A DNA stretch of 64,000 nt from contig OX597822.1 of the NCBI GenBank assembly GCA_951406725.2, forward strand, positions 24,862,001 to 24,926,000. The letters run 5' to 3'. The notes below the pieces were generated by a model, which was not told the origin of the DNA, did no database searches, and saw only the letters and a program-made list of their open reading frames with translations. The position numbers were made by a program, and so were the translations under genes. Source of the stretch: Octopus vulgaris. Its lineage: Eukaryota. How positions within the stretch are numbered: position 1 is the stretch's first letter; each line of letters opens with the position of its first letter. Shown here piece after piece: positions 1 to 14,830 of this stretch.

Positions 1-2149
1 TTTTAACTTGTTAGTTATGCTCTAAAACAGAAACTACGCAATAAACCGTTTCTTACGCGTTTAAAGATCTTAATTTGATTTAATGGGGAAAATAATAATT
101 AAGCTCATTTCTCGGTTAACAAACCGTTAAATGTCGTAGAAAAGCGAATACAAATTGCACCGGAAGCGACGATAATAAAATCTCATACATACATGCACCG
201 AAAACATCAGCAAAATAGTGAGGTAAAGGGAACCGGGGGTTTCGTGCAGTAGAAGTGTGTTTAGGAAAACGCTGCCTGTTTGAGATCTGTCGTCTGTGTG
301 AAACAGTTCGCCCCATCGTAACGCTATAGGTATTACCAGGGATGTATTTGATATTAGATATGTAGGCTACCATTTAAAATTTTTTGTTGATCTAATGATA
401 TATGCATTCTATAAAAGACTATGAGAGGACGTTAGATACTCACTAAGAAGAAACTCATGTGATAATGTAAAACGGGTGAAGCTTTATTAAGATCGTACTT
501 GTATGAGCAAAACAGGTTCACAGACATTGAAACAACTTTAATTACGTTCTATGCATAGTTTTCACGTTATATAAATATAATGAAGTTATGTAATTTCATT
601 CGTCCCTTTCACTTTCTACTGTTATTTGCTTGCACCTTTTTAGGACACAAAACTCCACATTTGTCCTATTATTATTATATGACGAGCTTAATGCATCGAA
701 GAAGGAAAGAAAAGCAAGTCTGTTGGTCAGCACCTGATAACATGAAGCACACCTGCCCGTTTATGGTTGCCCCTTACTTTGATTATTATAATTTACTCAA
801 TTTATTCAATTCAAAGTGTGTTGAATCTTGGAAATATACCGAGTACTGATTGACTCAATCTTAAACACTAGATGGTCATATTTTTATCGGCAACGATTCA
901 CCTTTTGTATCACAAATATCACTTCAGTGCTCAAATGTTTTATCGACGTTCTCGGCACAATACCGGGGGGTGGGGAATTGTCTTATCCGCGTTCCTTTTT
1001 ATCACCGTAAACATCCGTATAAAATTGGCAAATCACGACAGATCGAGAACGGTATATAACACCCCCTTTTTATATTAGAAGAAGCAAATGCAAAAATACT
1101 AAAGAAAAGAAAGAAATTCAGGTTAAAGAACTGTTAAATGTTTCTGTTGCTGAATCTGTTTGTAGCTTTCATGAATTGGAAGATCTTATTTATGGTTGGT
1201 GGATCCTTGAAAAGGCACTGCACCTTCTATCTTACCTTAGTCTTTCTCTCATAGACTTGCAGTGGATCTTGCAAGCATGAAGTGGATTCGATCCACCATA
1301 GCCAAATTTAAATTAACACTGCAACAGAACTTTTCCCACGATGGAACAATGGTTTTTCTCTGACAGCAGTTTTACATTTTCTAGATGCCTTTAGCTAGGC
1401 CGAAATAATGTCTTCACCACTTGACCCTGTCTAACCTCTTCTACTTCACCAAAAGCTAGAATAGAAATAACAAGACCACCAACTAAATCTATTGTTCTCA
1501 ATGATATGTCTATCCCTCTGGATAGTTATAAAAGCAAGAACACTCCCAAGCAAAAATCAATCGGTGACGACTCAACCAAGTAGTTACTTGGCGACAACTG
1601 AGCGGGGAGGCTCGTGACGGCTCAATTAGTTAGGGAACGGACTGCTAGAATCATGATCACAAGGACTGCAGCTACTAAAGACAATGGTCAGCGAGAGAAA
1701 TGAAATTTACTGTCAGCAACAGTGAGACGACGTCCCACAACCCTACAACTTTCACTAGCTCTAATTCCGTTCTCTTACATCATCTATCGCTATCTGTGGA
1801 TTACTACTAACAATTTGTGTACGCCAAACTAAGCAAAAGAAAAATTCTACCACATCTAACTTTCTTTCGCATGCTTTTGGATTTATCATAACCTGCCCAT
1901 CGAGGCAACGTATTGTAACGTAACGGTAAATAAATATTTCCTTAAAACTTCATGCATTGTTCATCTTTCACATCCTACAACATGCCGTTATAACAACAAA
2001 TTTTTAACGTTAAACTGCTGACTCCGACATTTCATATTATTGTGTACCTAATCAATCTTACTTGTTACAATTGGTAAATACACTAATTAAAACCTAACCG
2101 TTACAGACTGGTTATTTTTGCATGAAAGCGGAAGACATTGAAGTAACTA

Positions 2150-2443
2150 TAGCAGTAGAAGAACAAGTGCAGAGTCACTGAATCGGAATTTGATAGCCTG
2201 CAAACATTTAATTTAAGGTTTATTGGAATACGAAAGTATTCCAAATATTGGATTAATCTTAAACACCCTGTCGGTGTGCATAAAAGTTGAAGGTTGTTTA
2301 GTACTGTAGTAACAGAAACAAACAAGTGCAGAATCACTGAATTGGAATTAATAATTTGCAAACATTTAAGGTGCATGGCATCTCGGAAAAATTCCAAGTA
2401 TTGGATCAATCTTAAACAACCAGTTGTTCATAAAAGTTGAAGG
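2150..2443. repeat. Degenerate tandem duplication, two ~160-bp units
   Basis: aacaagtgcaga..cactgaat..ggaatt..tgcaaacatttaa..attccaa.tattggat.aatcttaaaca..cataaaagttgaagg occurs at ~2162-2293 and ~2321-2443. Confidence 0.75.
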
Positions 2444-5431
2444 CAGTATACGGTATACAAGTATTTAATGTTCCCCACTAATATTTTGTTGTGGGAGGGC
2501 ACGAAATTTGCCTGTGTGCGAATGTTGTCTTTCTTTACAAATTGTGTGCATTCATGCGAATAATGACTTCATTAAAAAGAATTCGATTTCGTGTTGAAAA
2601 CCATGTACGAGCTTGAAGATCGCACACTAGTATGTAGTACGATATAGCCCTTCAAAATGCATGGCCCGTAGCATATGTTCTCTTTGTTAGTGGTTTAATC
2701 CGGCGCTGGTGACACTTACCCAATAATTAAATTGATATAAGTGTCTTCACACTCTGCCACGCACACAAACTCAACGTCATGCAACGCATATAAGAGACGG
2801 TATAATAAGATAAATGTATGTATTTATATAGGTACGATGAGTGAGACGAAGTTGGTATATATAAGAACGTTTCTTATCAGATTCCCTATGTTTAATGACC
2901 TTGTTTCCCCTTCTCTATCTGCCCCAATTTTTTCTGTTTTACTGCTCACTGTTTGACGTTTCCCGTGAATCGGAAGGGTAGGGGAATTCAGTTTTCATAT
3001 CTACAGTTTTTTTTTTTTTATAAGGGCACTTAGTTTGACTTAAGAACTTCAGATTGGATCTTTTAATAATAGCATTACTTGATGCATCACAGTTAGTTAG
3101 ACCTCAACCAAACTAATTACCTGACAGTGTGTGTGTATACTTGCATACTACGGTCGCCAGTTTTCTTAGTCATAAAAAAAATAAAATAAACTTAGAATGT
3201 TCAAAAGCTGATTCACAAGTTGTGTTGGTTATTTATACTTTTTCTTTTTTTATTATTCCACTAAATTTCCTATTTTTTGTTATTTCGACATAGCCTTAAA
3301 GGCGGTAACAAGTATAGAAAGTTCAATTTCAGAGAATTGTCGAATGTTTTTTTATAAATCAATTTTTGAGAATTTATTATCAAACGCGATCTGTCTGCTT
3401 TTCATTTATCATACTTTATTTTATCCATTCTGATCGTTGTTACTGCTGCTATAGTTTAACCCCAGGTTAGCCCTGATCGAGGAGAACTTTTATCAAAGAC
3501 TTTCCTACCGCCTTTTATTTTAACCAGGTTTGGTGTGTTTAAGACTATTACATCATATAACGTCTCTCATATTTTAAGACAGTGAGATATAATTTATTGG
3601 AAATTTAGCTACTGTTACATACAGGTCGAGGCTCACTTCATAGAAGATCCCTCGTTGGCTTGTGTTCTGTACATTATAATCGTTATAAAGGCGACAAATG
3701 AATATACTGAGCGTTTAAAATATATAAAAATACACGGGCTACATAGCCATTCTATGTACCGTGAATGCAGGAATGAGTTGCTCGCATTTATGAAGTTCGC
3801 ATGTATAAGGCTTACAATCATGAGATTCAAGATTCAATCCAACTTCGGGGTACTTTGGATAGAATTTTTCATCATAGCCTTGGATCGGCCCAGGACTTGT
3901 TAGTAAAATGGAATAAACGGAACTGTGCACTCGCTTTCTGTTTATTTACCCTTTCTCTCTCTAGCTGTCTCTTCTTTTTCTCTTTCTTTATTCCTTTCAT
4001 TCAGCCTGTCTTTTCTCCGTGTTCTCTCTCTCTCTCTTTCACCCTTACCAATATCTAAATATATCTTCCCCTCTCTTTCTCATTTCTACTTATATCCATT
4101 TTCCCTTTCTCTCTTCTTCATTCCTACCTATCTATATCTGTTCCTGCTTGTCTTTATTCTTTCTTTCTTATCTATATTTATTCCCTTGTCTCTCCCCACT
4201 CTCTCTTTACTTCCTTATTTACACACACGCATTGTTGTCTTTTCTCTTAACATCAAGGTTCAAATCGTTCCAAAAGGTAATGAGAAAATCTTTGTGTGTG
4301 TCATTTCAGAAAATCTTTGTATGTGACAATTCAAACAAAATATCTCAAGGTTCATTTGCCGTTGTCACGAAACACATAACATACGATCAAGACGTTAATC
4401 AAAGAGTCACTTCACGTCGCAGACGACCAAGACGATTATCAAAAAGTCATTTTCTCAAATGTCACAAACACTTGTTTGTCGGATAAGTAATATCGATTTG
4501 CTTTCGTAGTTAACTGTCACCCAAAACAACCGTTGAAGATGTCAAGAATAATCGTGGATACATGCTAATTTGTACATTTAGCATATATTTGCGCACACGA
4601 ACGAACGTGTGTGCGTCATCATTATTTTACGCCTGCTTTCCATGCTGGCATAGATTGGAGGATCGTGACTAGCTCAAAGATTTTAATTTTGTTATTGGTA
4701 CTTGGAGTGGATGCCTTTCCTAACGTCAATCGCTTTATGGAGTGTATTGGGTTCATTTTACTACTAGTAGAGAATTTATCATGCTCTTAGCAAAGTTAAA
4801 AGTCTTTCTTGTGTTCTCTCATTTTGTCCGCCAACCAATTTAAAGAGTGTATTGGGAACGCTTTTAGTGTGGCACCAGCACTAGAGGAGCTGCCTTGTCT
4901 TCAGAAGGAGTCAATATTATACTGTCTCCATTTGTTTAAAGTGAATGTGATTGAGAGTGTGGCAGAAGAGAAAGTAGTGGCAGAGAGAAGACTAGAGTGA
5001 GGTAGTGAGTAAAGAAAGAGTATGACTGTAAGGAAAGGAAGAGAGTGCCAGAAGTGAGATGATGGTAAAAGAAGAGTAATGAAAATGAATGGAAGGCAGC
5101 TACATATCAGTTGTTGGTGAGGACATTGAACACAGAAATACCTTGACCAGCTTACATGAAGGTGGTGAGACTAGGTAATGATGGAGTGGATTGTTGGTGG
5201 TTAGGAACAAGAGGGGTGGTCCACCCTTGGTGATGCTTTTATAGGGGCAGCGCCTTTGTGTGTGCTGCATAAGCCTGGAGTTGGCATGGCACACTCAAGG
5301 GCTGCTCCAGGTGGTATATACTCTAACTACACCACTGTAATTGGGTAGAATTTAAGAAAAAGTACTTATTTGAAGTTCACATATAAGAAATAGATACCAG
5401 ATCATTTATGAACAATACCCATGCTGTTTAG

Positions 5432-5716
5432 GTGGAGGCACATGGCCTAGTGGTTAGAGCAGCAGACACGCGATCGAGGGATCGCGGGTTCGAATCTCAG
5501 ACCGGGCGATGTGTGTGTTTATGAGCAAAACACCTAAGCTCCACATGGCTCCGGTGGAAGGTAATGGCGAACTTCTGCTGACTCTTTCGCCACATCTTTC
5601 TCTCACTCTTTCCTCCTGCATCTTGCAGCTCACCTGTGATGGACTGGCATCCCATCCAGGTGGAGAAACCGGGAAACTGGCCCTTATGAGCCAGGCATGG
5701 CTTGAGAAGGAACAAA
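5432..5716 (+). mobile_element. tRNA(Arg)-derived SINE (OR1-like family), full length with 12-bp TSD
   Basis: A-box tggcctagtggttag and B-box ggttcgaatctc. TSD catgctgtttag at 5420-5431 and 5717-5728. Homologous copies at 23077, 32964, 50681 and 51824. Confidence 0.85.
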
Positions 5717-6419
5717 CATGCTGTTTAGCACCCTATCCAGTAGAAGATTTATTTTGCACTCACTATATGCCACGAAACTATAGTCAAGAGCTAACATTCT
5801 CACAAGGCCCACCCAGTCTACAAGTCATTCATTCATTAGCATATACTGAGTATATGCTATTGATTCATATCCATAGTTTAGTTACAAATCAATACTATAA
5901 ATGGAAGATATGCTACTTATACATGCCAATAAAACTTGTATATATAAGTTATGTGTTAACAAATGCTTGTGTTAACAAATGCTTGAATAGTAATATTGGA
6001 AATCTAGGAATGGGAATCTTGGAAAATGGAAAATAAAATCAATGAAACTCTTCATTTCCTGTTTCTTCCAAAGTAATTCTACAAGTGGGACTGTAAAAAT
6101 ATGTACAAGATTTTGGTGTAAGTATTACTGTGATGTGAACAAATTTGCTTCATGTGACCAAATGGATCTAGATTTGATTCTACTGCTCAGCCCTTGGGAA
6201 TTACTGAATGGTTAAGAAGAAGTTTGTTTCACATCTCTGAGGTTTTGGATTTGATACCACTGTGTGACACGATAGGTGAAAGTCTAAAGTTGACCCAAGC
6301 CTGGTGAGTGAAATTAAGTAGATAGGAGATGTAGACATGTGCTGCATGGATTGTATTTGTAATTTAATGGTCTAATTGTGACTATGTTGTATCATGCTCA
6401 GGATGCAATGTTGCCTATT

Positions 6420-6455
<36 letters not shown>

Positions 6456-6774
6456 AGACTCTAGTATTTGACTACTATATTATTTGTTCACCCTGGATGT
6501 ATGAAATGCAAAATTGTCATTGACAGCATTTGAACTCAGAGTACAGAGAACTCAAACAGCTACCACAAAGTGTAGTATTCATTCTACCTGACACTCTCAT
6601 GGTCTTGCCAAGGTGCCTAGCAGTGGGACTGAACAGAAACCAAGTGGTTGCAAAACAAGCTTCTTAACCACACAGCTATGTTGAAAATTAAATAAAATAG
6701 CTTTGTCACATTTAACCTAGTATTAAAAACTTAGATTAACATAAAATTTTGACAGGAGGTTCATAATTTAAAAT

Positions 6775-7095
6775 AATATAATAATAATGAAATTATTGTA
6801 TACAGCACCACAACTTGTCAAAAGTGCATATAAAGTATATGCAGTAATGTAAAAATGTCTGGAAAGTGAACAGTGTATGAGTCAGATACATACATGTGTG
6901 TGTATGGAGGGGAGAAAATCAGGTGTAGTGTTGGCGAATCTCAGGAAGCATGGAAGTTTTTTAAGGATGCAGTGCTCCGACAACTAACAACTGATGCCGG
7001 CAGTCTGTTCCATGCTTCAGCAACTCTTAGCGTGAAAAAATGTTTCCAAAAGTCATGGGAGCTGTTTTCTGATTTTGTAAACATGTCCACGGGTG
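6775..7095 (-). mobile_element. CR1/L2-clade LINE 3' fragment (ORF2 C-terminus + 3'UTR)
   Basis: The minus strand encodes HDFWKHFFTLRVAEAWNRLPASVVSCRSTASLK, the FFxxRVxxxWNxLP C-terminal motif of CR1/L2 ORF2. (ATT)n tail. Second copy at 16670-16950. Confidence 0.8.
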
Positions 7096-7775
7096 TTAGA
7101 CAGGTGGAGTTTAAAATACTTAAAAATGAGAAATTTGTCTTATATAGAATCAGGGACTGACTCAGGTGGGTTGGTACCAAAAGGGTCAAATATTAAACAA
7201 TTTGCAAAAAAAAAAAAAAAAAAAGAATTGTATTTAGACTCTTCCCTAAAGTTAAAAGAAAGAATAATAATAAAAAACATTATTTATTTGCTAATCATTT
7301 ATGTTTTGTGTAGATAGAAAGGGTTTAAATTCAACATTTAATCTTTTATATATGAACAAATCATTATTATTAGGTAGCTGTAACCAGCTCATGTTGTTTT
7401 GATCTTTGTGTGATAATCCATAAGATAATAACTAGTTTATTACCTAATGTATAATATTAGCTGATGGGAAAATAACGAGTTTATGATTACTGTTTTACAC
7501 AAGACATCTGCTATTCCCTATTGTATTAAGCTTTGTGGGATAAAAAAATTTGAATCAAATTTAGCTGAAATTCATTTCATCAATTCAAATAATATTAAGC
7601 TGTTTGACAATAACGGACCAAAGGGCTGGTTGGGTTCTTAAGTGCAGATGGTAGGGAGCTGGATTAGGTAATTTGTATTATTTGCTTTGGTATCATACAG
7701 TTCCAAGTTTATTATACTGTCCTGTTAGAAATGGGCTCGGCCAAATTTGATCAAATAAGTACAAGTAGAAATGAT

Positions 7776-8092
7776 CAAATCATCATCATTGTTATCGTTG
7801 TTGTAGTCATCATCATCACCATCATCATCATCATTGTTATCATCATCATCATCATCCTCATCATCATTGTTATCATCACCATCATCATCATCATCATCAT
7901 CATTATCATCATCTTCATCATCATCATCATCATCATCATCATTGCTATCATCATTGTCGTCGTTGTCGTCGTCGTCGTCATCATCATCATCAACATCATC
8001 ATCATAATCATCATCATCATCGTTGTTATTGTTGTTGTTGTCATCATCGTTATTATCATTATTGTCATCATTATCATCGTCATCTTCATCAT
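7776..8092. repeat. Imperfect (CAT/CGT/TGT)n trinucleotide tract, ~315 bp; expanded tail of the adjacent minus-strand RTE-tailed SINE
   Basis: The tract abuts tttaatgttcatgttccatgct..., the degenerate terminus of the family ending ...ggaaaacggacgttaaacgatgatgatg. Confidence 0.85.
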
Positions 8093-8506
8093 TTAATGTT
8101 CATGTTCCATGCTGACATGAATTGGATGGGTTTGAGAGGAACTGACGGTCCCAAGGACTGTATAGTGCTCCATTGTTGACTTCAGTATGGTTTTTCACAA
8201 CTGGATGCCTTTCCTAATGCCAACACTACCTCAGAAAAAAACTCTACTTCACCTCTTATGTCAACATCAACAAAGGGAAGGTAACACAGTGATGAGGATG
8301 GTGATGATTCTCATTTAACATCAACAAAAATATAACAAAAACAAAATAATGGTTTCAAATTTTGGCACAAAGCCAGCAATTTTGGGAGAGGGGATAAGTC
8401 GATTACATCGACCCCAGTGCTTAACTGGTATTTAATTTATCAGTCCTGAAAGGATGAAAGGCAAAGTTGACCTCAGCAGAATTTGAACTTTGACGTGGTC
8501 AATGCC

Positions 8507-8775
8507 AGGGCCACCATGACTGGCTTCCGTGCTGGTGGCACGTAAAAAGCACCTACCGATCGTGGCTGTTGCCAGCCTTCCCTGGCACCTGTGCCGGTGG
8601 CACGTAGAAAGCACCCACTACACTCACGGAGTGGTTGGTGTTAGGAAGGGCATCCAGCTGTAGAAACACTGCCAGATCAGACTGGAGCCTGGTGCAGCCT
8701 CCTGGCTTCTCAGACCCCAGTCTAATTGTCCAACTAGCATGGAAAACGGACGTTAAACGATGATGATGATGATGA
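8507..8775 (+). mobile_element. SINE / LINE 3' end with RTE-type tail and (GAT)n terminus
   Basis: ttaggaagggcatccagctgtagaaacactgccagatcagactggagcc...gcatggaaaacggacgttaaacgatgatgatg. Reverse-orientation copy at 12508-12722; degenerate copies at ~4618-4760 and ~8090-8225. Confidence 0.75.
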
Positions 8776-9551
8776 ATGTAAGGATGGACGAAGTGCCACT
8801 AAGCATTTTACCTGGAGTATTAACGATTCTGCCACCTCCTGCCTTAAGCAAAACCACAATAATAAAAGTCAATAATAAATGGTTATATTTTCCAACATCA
8901 CACAATCTGGAAGTCTCCACCTTCAAGAAATTGAAAGCTTCACTCCTATGTAACAATAACTGAATATATAAATAAATAAATAAAAACACATCAAATAAAA
9001 TACATTAATAAATAATTAAATAATTAAAAATAAGAAAAGTCATAAACATATAATACATGTTGTATTTTTCTGGTATTTCTAACTAATTCAATCCTTATTC
9101 TCTTTAAACATGTAATATGAATTCAATGGGGCCAAAAGGTGTGATTCTCAGTGCAGGAGAAAACGAATGCCAGTAGGGATCAAATTAATAACTTAGAGCA
9201 TATTGATTGATAATTGAATGCACACTTTCACTGACTGAGTCATCAATGGCACTGATTTTGTTTGGTTAATGAGCAAACACAAGCTTTACATCATTGACTC
9301 GTCGAAGCTTCTCCAGTAAATGACTGCCGATGAATGAACACAAGCTTTTATTGATTGGTTATTGATTGCAAACATTTAAAAGATTGTTCTATGAAGACTC
9401 TCTATCTCTTTCTCTCTATATATTTTTCTGTACTTCTCTCTCCCTAAATCTGCCTAATTCTCTCTCCCTCTCTCTCTCTTTATCTATCTGTCTATCTATC
9501 TATCTACCCATCTATCTATCTATATCTCTCTCTATGTGTGTATACACACAC

Positions 9552-9595
<44 letters not shown>

Positions 9596-9630
9596 TTATA
9601 TATATATATATACATACATACATACATATA

Positions 9631-9673
<43 letters not shown>

Positions 9674-10099
9674 ATACACATATCTATCTATCTATCAATC
9701 TATCTATATATATATATATAATAGAATAATGGCAGTTGAATGGTATTTATTGGCCACCAAAGTGGAAAGTTGACTAATTACTTTCAGACCTTCGTTGACC
9801 GCATAATTAAACACCAATCTTTATTGATTGACATTAACTCCAATATTGACTAATTACTATTGTGAGTGCTCATTGATGAAACATTGGATAAAAACAGTAA
9901 AAAAATAAATGTGGCTGAGGTAAAGATAAATATCTGTGAATCACTGATGACAACGATGTGTTAGAATTTAATGAGGGATCAGGAATTGGCAGAGGAGGTT
10001 ACCCAGGTGTTTTTAGTATTACAGTGAATTTCTTCACATAATACAGAAGCATTTCTTTGATCTCCAGCAAGACTATCAATGATTGTTATTATCACTACT

Positions 10100-10550
10100 G
10101 ACGAGGTAGCAAGCTGGTGGAATCATTAGCATGCTGCGCAAAATGCTTAGAAGCATTTTATCCGTCTTTACACTGAGTTCAAATTTCGCTGAGGTTGACT
10201 TTGCCTTTCATCCTTTTGGAGTCGATGAAATAAGTACTAATCAAATACTGAGGTTGATGTAACTGACTAGCCCCCTCCCCACCCCCCAATTTCAGGCCAT
10301 GTACCTATTACCGAAAAGATTATTATTATTATCACTATTGTGGTGAGTTGGCAAATCATAAGCATGCTGGGCAAAATCCATAGTGGTATGTCATATGTCT
10401 TTATGTTCTGAGTTCAAATTCTGCAAAGGTTGATGTTATCTTTCCTTCTTTCAGGCTTGATAAAATAAGTACCAGTTAAGTACTGGATTCAATATAACTG
10501 ACTTGCCCTCTTTCCCAAAACTTAAGGCCTTGCGTCTATAGTAGAAAGGA
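10100..10550 (+). mobile_element. Two degenerate copies of the tRNA-derived SINE family with core gaggtcgactttgcctttcatcctttcggggtcgataaa
   Basis: Homology to younger copies at 47895-48311 and 58301-58712; many CpG>TpG changes. Confidence 0.75.
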
Positions 10551-10581
10551 TTTTAATCATCATCATCATCATCAATATCAT

Positions 10582-11137
10582 TGAGTGAGAGAGCAGAGCA
10601 TGCCATCAAAGTGACACTGGGGTAAAATATATGAAGCCTAGTATACCCAACATGACTACCCGTCTGATAAGGGTACATCAGGCACATACATCACAACCAT
10701 ATGTGCACGACATGGTGATCTCATATGAAGATAAACAGTGCATGATCTTGCAGGTGGGGCCCAGTTAGAATTTTATTCATGTCGAGTATCCCATCCCGTT
10801 CAACAGGTCCCTGGATAAGGGTTGTTTAAGGATGATGAACAAAACACCCATGTTTCCAGAGATGAATTATTCAAAGCCAAAAGAATTCCTCTCAACACAT
10901 GGCTATGATGCTCCCACCACTGCTTCTGCTTGTGATCAGAGATGCACATATCGTCAGCTAGCAAGGAACATGCTAAACTGGTTAGGTCAAGCACTGACAA
11001 TCAGATCTGTAGTATTGAGTAGAATATTTGCTGTAGCCCATCTTTATATCAAGACAAAACAATGTACATGATAACACTTCCAATCAGTTAAGGTCAGAAG
11101 CTGTGAGTGCTACTGCCTGGTACTGCATCAAGGCATT
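10582..11137. mobile_element. ~550-bp interspersed repeat (unclassified retroposon-like) between (CAT)n and (ATT)n tracts
   Basis: Non-coding block bounded by simple-repeat tails. It resembles an abundant octopus repeat from memory; only one copy is in the window. Confidence 0.45.
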
Positions 11138-11934
11138 ATTACCATTATTATTATTATTAATGCCGTTGTCATTATCATCATCATCATCATTATCATCTTA
11201 AGTTGCATCCCTGTGCAATAGATCTGCTCCCCCCACCAAATACGGTAAGAAAGTGGATTATTAGAAGCAGCCTGTTGCATTAGAGATTTAAGACATCCTC
11301 GATTTGATTGTGAGCAGATGGCATCCTTGTGTAACACATGCAACAGCTTATTGTCAAAATTAACACAAATAGCAGAGAGCTGAAATAATACATATGCTGA
11401 CGGTAAATAATAAATAGATAGAATCAAAGTTCTGTTTAACTCATTCCTTGCCTGCTGAAGTGGTTTGTAGGTAGATATATGTATTCAAAGACTAAGATGG
11501 AACTGATTAAATCTTCATGGTGTTTACATTCTTTTACTGGAATTTCCATCTTCTCTTGTATGATGGGGGTTTGTTAATAAGCATCACATGATGTCAAGAC
11601 AAGGGTTCACACATGCATGAATGCAAATATACATTTATGTGCGTTGTTCAAGATATTCCAAAACAGAATACATACAGAGAGAGAGAGAGGGGGGGAAGAG
11701 GGAGAGAGAGAGAGGGGAAGAGAGAGAGAGAGAGAAGGGAAGAGAGAGAGAGAGAGAGAAGGGAAGAGAGAGAGAGAGAGATTTGGTGATGTAAACAGGA
11801 AAAATAGAACTCAAAACATAAGATAAGTTTGATAAGTGCTAACACATGAAACTCTTGATCCTTGAGCCACTGTTGCTTCCGCTAAATATTAATAGCAATA
11901 TATGTATGCGTGTGTATATTTATGTATGTGACGT

Positions 11935-12195
11935 ATGTAAGTATATGTATGTATATGAATGTATATAATTATATGTATGTATGTATGTATGTATTTATGT
12001 ATGTATGTATGTAATTATATGTATGTATTTATGTATGTATGTATGTATTTATGTATGTATGTATTTATGTATGTATATATTTATGTATGTATGTATGTAT
12101 GTATGTATGTATGTATGTATGTATGTATGTATGTATGTATGTATGTATGTATGTATGTATGTATGTATGTATGTATGTATGTATGTATGTATGTG
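11935..12195. repeat. (TATG)n microsatellite
   Basis: Direct reading. Confidence 0.95.
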
Positions 12196-12255
12196 CTTGT
12201 GCCGCCAGTACTAGATTAATCCTGTAACATTTAATAATTGATTGGTTGATAAATT

Positions 12256-12531
12256 TAGCCAATGTCATCGTAAACAGTTGCAATTTCATAACATGAAAGA
12301 TAAACTGTGAAGTTCAAAAGGAGGAGATTTTTTCCTGTGAGTTACTAATGGTGGAGATTATAGTCAAGTGATTTGGAATCACAAATAGAACTTACAACAT
12401 TTTAGGTCAGGCACAAAGCATTGATTGCATTCATACATAAAAATAGAAGGAAACAGATAGATACATAAATATAGGCAGAGAAACAGACAGATGGGTAGAT
12501 ATATATATCATCATCATCATTTAACGTCCGT
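12256..12531. repeat. Local duplication copy 1 (276 bp, ~99% identical to 14932-15207)
   Basis: tagccaatgtcat...catcatcatcatttaacgtccgt is present twice, with two visible mismatches. Confidence 0.92.
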
Positions 12532-12722
12532 TTTCCATGCTAGCATGGGTTGGACGGTTCAACCGGGATCTGGGAAGCCAGGATACTGCACCAGGCTCCA
12601 GTCTGATCTGGCAGTGTTTCTACAGCTGGATGCCCTTCCTAATGCCACCCACTCCATGAGTGCACAGGTACCAGGCAAGGCTGGCAATGGCCACGATTGG
12701 TTGGTGCTTTTTACGTGCCACA
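12508..12722 (-). mobile_element. RTE-tailed SINE copy
   Basis: Reverse complement of the 8507-8775 family; (CAT)n tail at 12508-12520. Confidence 0.75.
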
Positions 12723-12979
12723 TATATATAAACAACTTATATACAAGGGCAAAAGAAAAAAAGTTTCTAATGCCAAATATGCCGAAACTAGACACATCGT
12801 CCATAACCATATAATTCATCACTATAAGTATGTGTCTCGAAGAAAGCTGACAGAAATTTCTAAAGAATTCCATTATTACCATATTGGACTCGATTTCAGA
12901 GTTAGTTCATAAGAATCTTCTCTTCGTCAGTGATAAATGCGGCAAAGGAATAAATGAAATACTTACTTATACTCATATA

Positions 12980-13045
<66 letters not shown>

Positions 13046-13404
13046 GGAGAGGTACAGATAAAGGCAAAGAAAGGATCATGGATAAAACATGATACACAAA
13101 TATGAGAGTGGGGAACAGACATAAACGCACACACACACACACATATACGCATACATGCACACACACATGCACACACAGAAACAAAGTCGATCGAGTTAGT
13201 GACAGAGTTTCCCTTTGTTAATGCTATAAATATATTATCCTCTTTCTGTACTCTTTCGGCGCAACTTTCTCTCACACTCTCTTCCTGTTTCTTGAGTAAC
13301 GCTGCAATGGACTAGCGTCCTGTCCAGCTGGGGGAAACACATACGTCACAGAAACCAGGAAACCGGGCCCATGAGCCTGGCTTTGAAAACGGCGATGTTT
13401 ATCG

Positions 13405-13448
<44 letters not shown>

Positions 13449-13479
13449 CACACACACACACATGTATAAATATATTCTT

Positions 13480-13845
13480 TTCTTTTCCCTGTTTCAGTAA
13501 TGTGACTGTGGCCATGCTGGAGCATCACCTTTTAGTTGGCTGTATCGACCCCAGGACTTATTATTTCTAAGCCTGGTACTTATTCCATTGGTCTTTTTTG
13601 CTCAACCGCTCAGTTACAGGGATATAAACACATCAACACTGGTTGTCAAGCGGTGAGGGGGCACAGACACAAACACAAAGAGACACACACACACGATAGG
13701 CTTCTTTCAGTTTCCATGTACCAAATCCACTCACAAGGCTTTGATTGGTCTGAGTAGAAGACACTTGCCCAAGGTGCCATGCTGTGGGACTGAACCCAGA
13801 AACATATGGTTGAGAAGCAAGCTTCTTACCACACACCGTGCCATG
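13480..13845 (-). mobile_element. tRNA-derived CORE-like SINE (OR2-like family), CpG-decayed copy
   Basis: Homologous to 46128-46583; CORE-like ggcaccttgggcaagtgtctt. Confidence 0.8.
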
Positions 13846-13875
13846 TCTATGAATTTGTTTTGCAAGATTCCTGAT

Positions 13876-13972
13876 GTATATATATATATATATATGTATA
13901 TATTAATATATATATATATGTATATATGTATATATATATATACGTATGTATATATATATATATATATGTATG

Positions 13973-14010
<38 letters not shown>

Positions 14011-14435
14011 TGTATGTATATATATATATATGTGTGTGTATATGTATATATGTATGTATATATATATATATTTTATAAATAGAGATATACATGTGTGTAT
14101 TTATATATGTATGTATATATATATGTGCATATATATATATATGTATGTATATATATATGTGCGTATAAATATATGTATATATATGTTTATATATATGTAT
14201 GTATGTATATGTATATATATATATATATGTATATATATGCATACATAAACACATTTACATTCAATCATATACATAGAAAAACACGTATGAACACACACAC
14301 GTGCACACTCATTATGACTATACACACAAAACACATACATACATGCTCACAAAACATACACACACACATACATACATACATACATACATACATACATACA
14401 TACATACATACATACATACATACATACATACATGC
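13876..14435. repeat. Compound (TA)n/(TATG)n/(CATA)n microsatellite block
   Basis: Direct reading. Confidence 0.9.
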
Positions 14436-14745
14436 GTACATTTGCACTAGAAAATCTAAGAGATAAAAAATGTTGATATCTGCATATGTGTTTGTGTGTG
14501 TGTGTGTATGTATGACATGTAAGTGTGTGTGTGAGTTGAGTAAGTGCATGTAAGTCTGTGTATGTGTGAGTACATATGAAATTGCAATCAGGCAGGTGAA
14601 TAAGTAAATAAATGCTTATGAAATTGCCTAATTGAGATAATCTGATTTGTAAGTTTTTAAATGAGATTAGAACAATTCATTCATATCAGTGAATGCAATA
14701 ACCACTAGAATAGAACTGTTTCATGGAAATATGCAAACATGCACA

Positions 14746-14830
<85 letters not shown>

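Noticed and set aside
5509-6036. 175-aa ORF and similar ORFs at 46118, 52115, 55110 and 63324
   Set aside because: They run through SINE and intron sequence.
7731-8096. Poly-Ile / poly-Met ORFs
   Set aside because: Translations of a (CAT)n microsatellite.
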